Positions 63,481-64,000 of a DNA stretch of 64,000 bases are shown in pieces (within the stretch, counting starts at the first letter, position 1; every line of letters starts with the position of its first letter). Source of the DNA: Eledone cirrhosa (taxonomy: Eukaryota); NCBI GenBank assembly GCA_964016885.1, contig OZ024740.1:225494001-225558000 (forward strand). The letters run 5' to 3'. Position numbers and translations under genes: made by a program. Below the pieces are notes generated by a model. That model made no database searches, was not told the origin of the DNA, and saw only the letters and a program-made list of their open reading frames with translations.

Positions 63481-64000
63481 ATATGAACCAGAATTTGATT
63501 ATAACATCAACTCTACTTCTTTTTCGGAAAAATAAGATTTTATTTAGTCAAAGAAATCATTGTATATATAATTAATTGGTAAATTAGTGAAAGGATAAAT
63601 GCTCAAAGAACTGTGGTGGCGGATTCATTTTCAATTTAACTCTTTTGATACCTAACTCTCTGTAACCACCCCATATTCTATAAGCTCTTTACTTTACAGC
63701 ATTTTAAATTTGTCTAAGTCTTCCATCATAATCTTATGTAAGAACTTTTAAGTTACGTTCCAAAAAACAATTTGATAATGAGAAAATTAGTTATATTACT
63801 AAATCACATTCACAAATGATTTGAAACTTACAAGCAATGTCTTTCATAAGAAAAAAATAAGATAAAGATTAAAACGTGTTTTATATGGCTTATTCAAAAG
63901 AGAAAGAGAAGCACCATTGACTTTTTAAAGTCCTCAAAGGGAAGTACATCACACTGAATATAAAGCCCAAATACTTGCAAGCGTTGACTCCATTAAAGAC

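Overview
This is AT-rich eukaryotic DNA full of (TA)n, (GAT)n and (AAT)n microsatellites. It is almost certainly a coleoid cephalopod such as Octopus, inferred from the tRNA-derived CORE- and Nin-type SINEs and the RTE, Tx1 and Penelope content. No intact host protein-coding gene could be recognised. Retroelements dominate the window: (1) a head-to-tail stack of three Tx1/L1-clade LINEs at 9.4-21.1 kb, each joined through an (ATT)n tail; (2) several RTE LINE copies with a PHD finger inserted inside the reverse transcriptase; (3) a nearly intact Naiad-type Penelope-like element (777 aa RT + GIY-YIG) with a partial tandem pseudo-LTR, plus three Penelope fragments; (4) two SINE families; (5) a few MITEs. 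The most striking unannotated signal is a dense set of type I hammerhead-ribozyme motifs from about ten unrelated sequence families, mostly next to (TA)n tracts and often in fold-back arrangements. It includes a young non-coding 591-bp tandem/inverted repeat with one U3-A8 variant hammerhead per unit (retrozyme-like). There is also an E2F/CCAAT/E-box promoter-like island at about 44.4 kb and possible degenerate host exons at 53.9-55.3 kb. All ribozyme and family assignments were made by eye and are untested.
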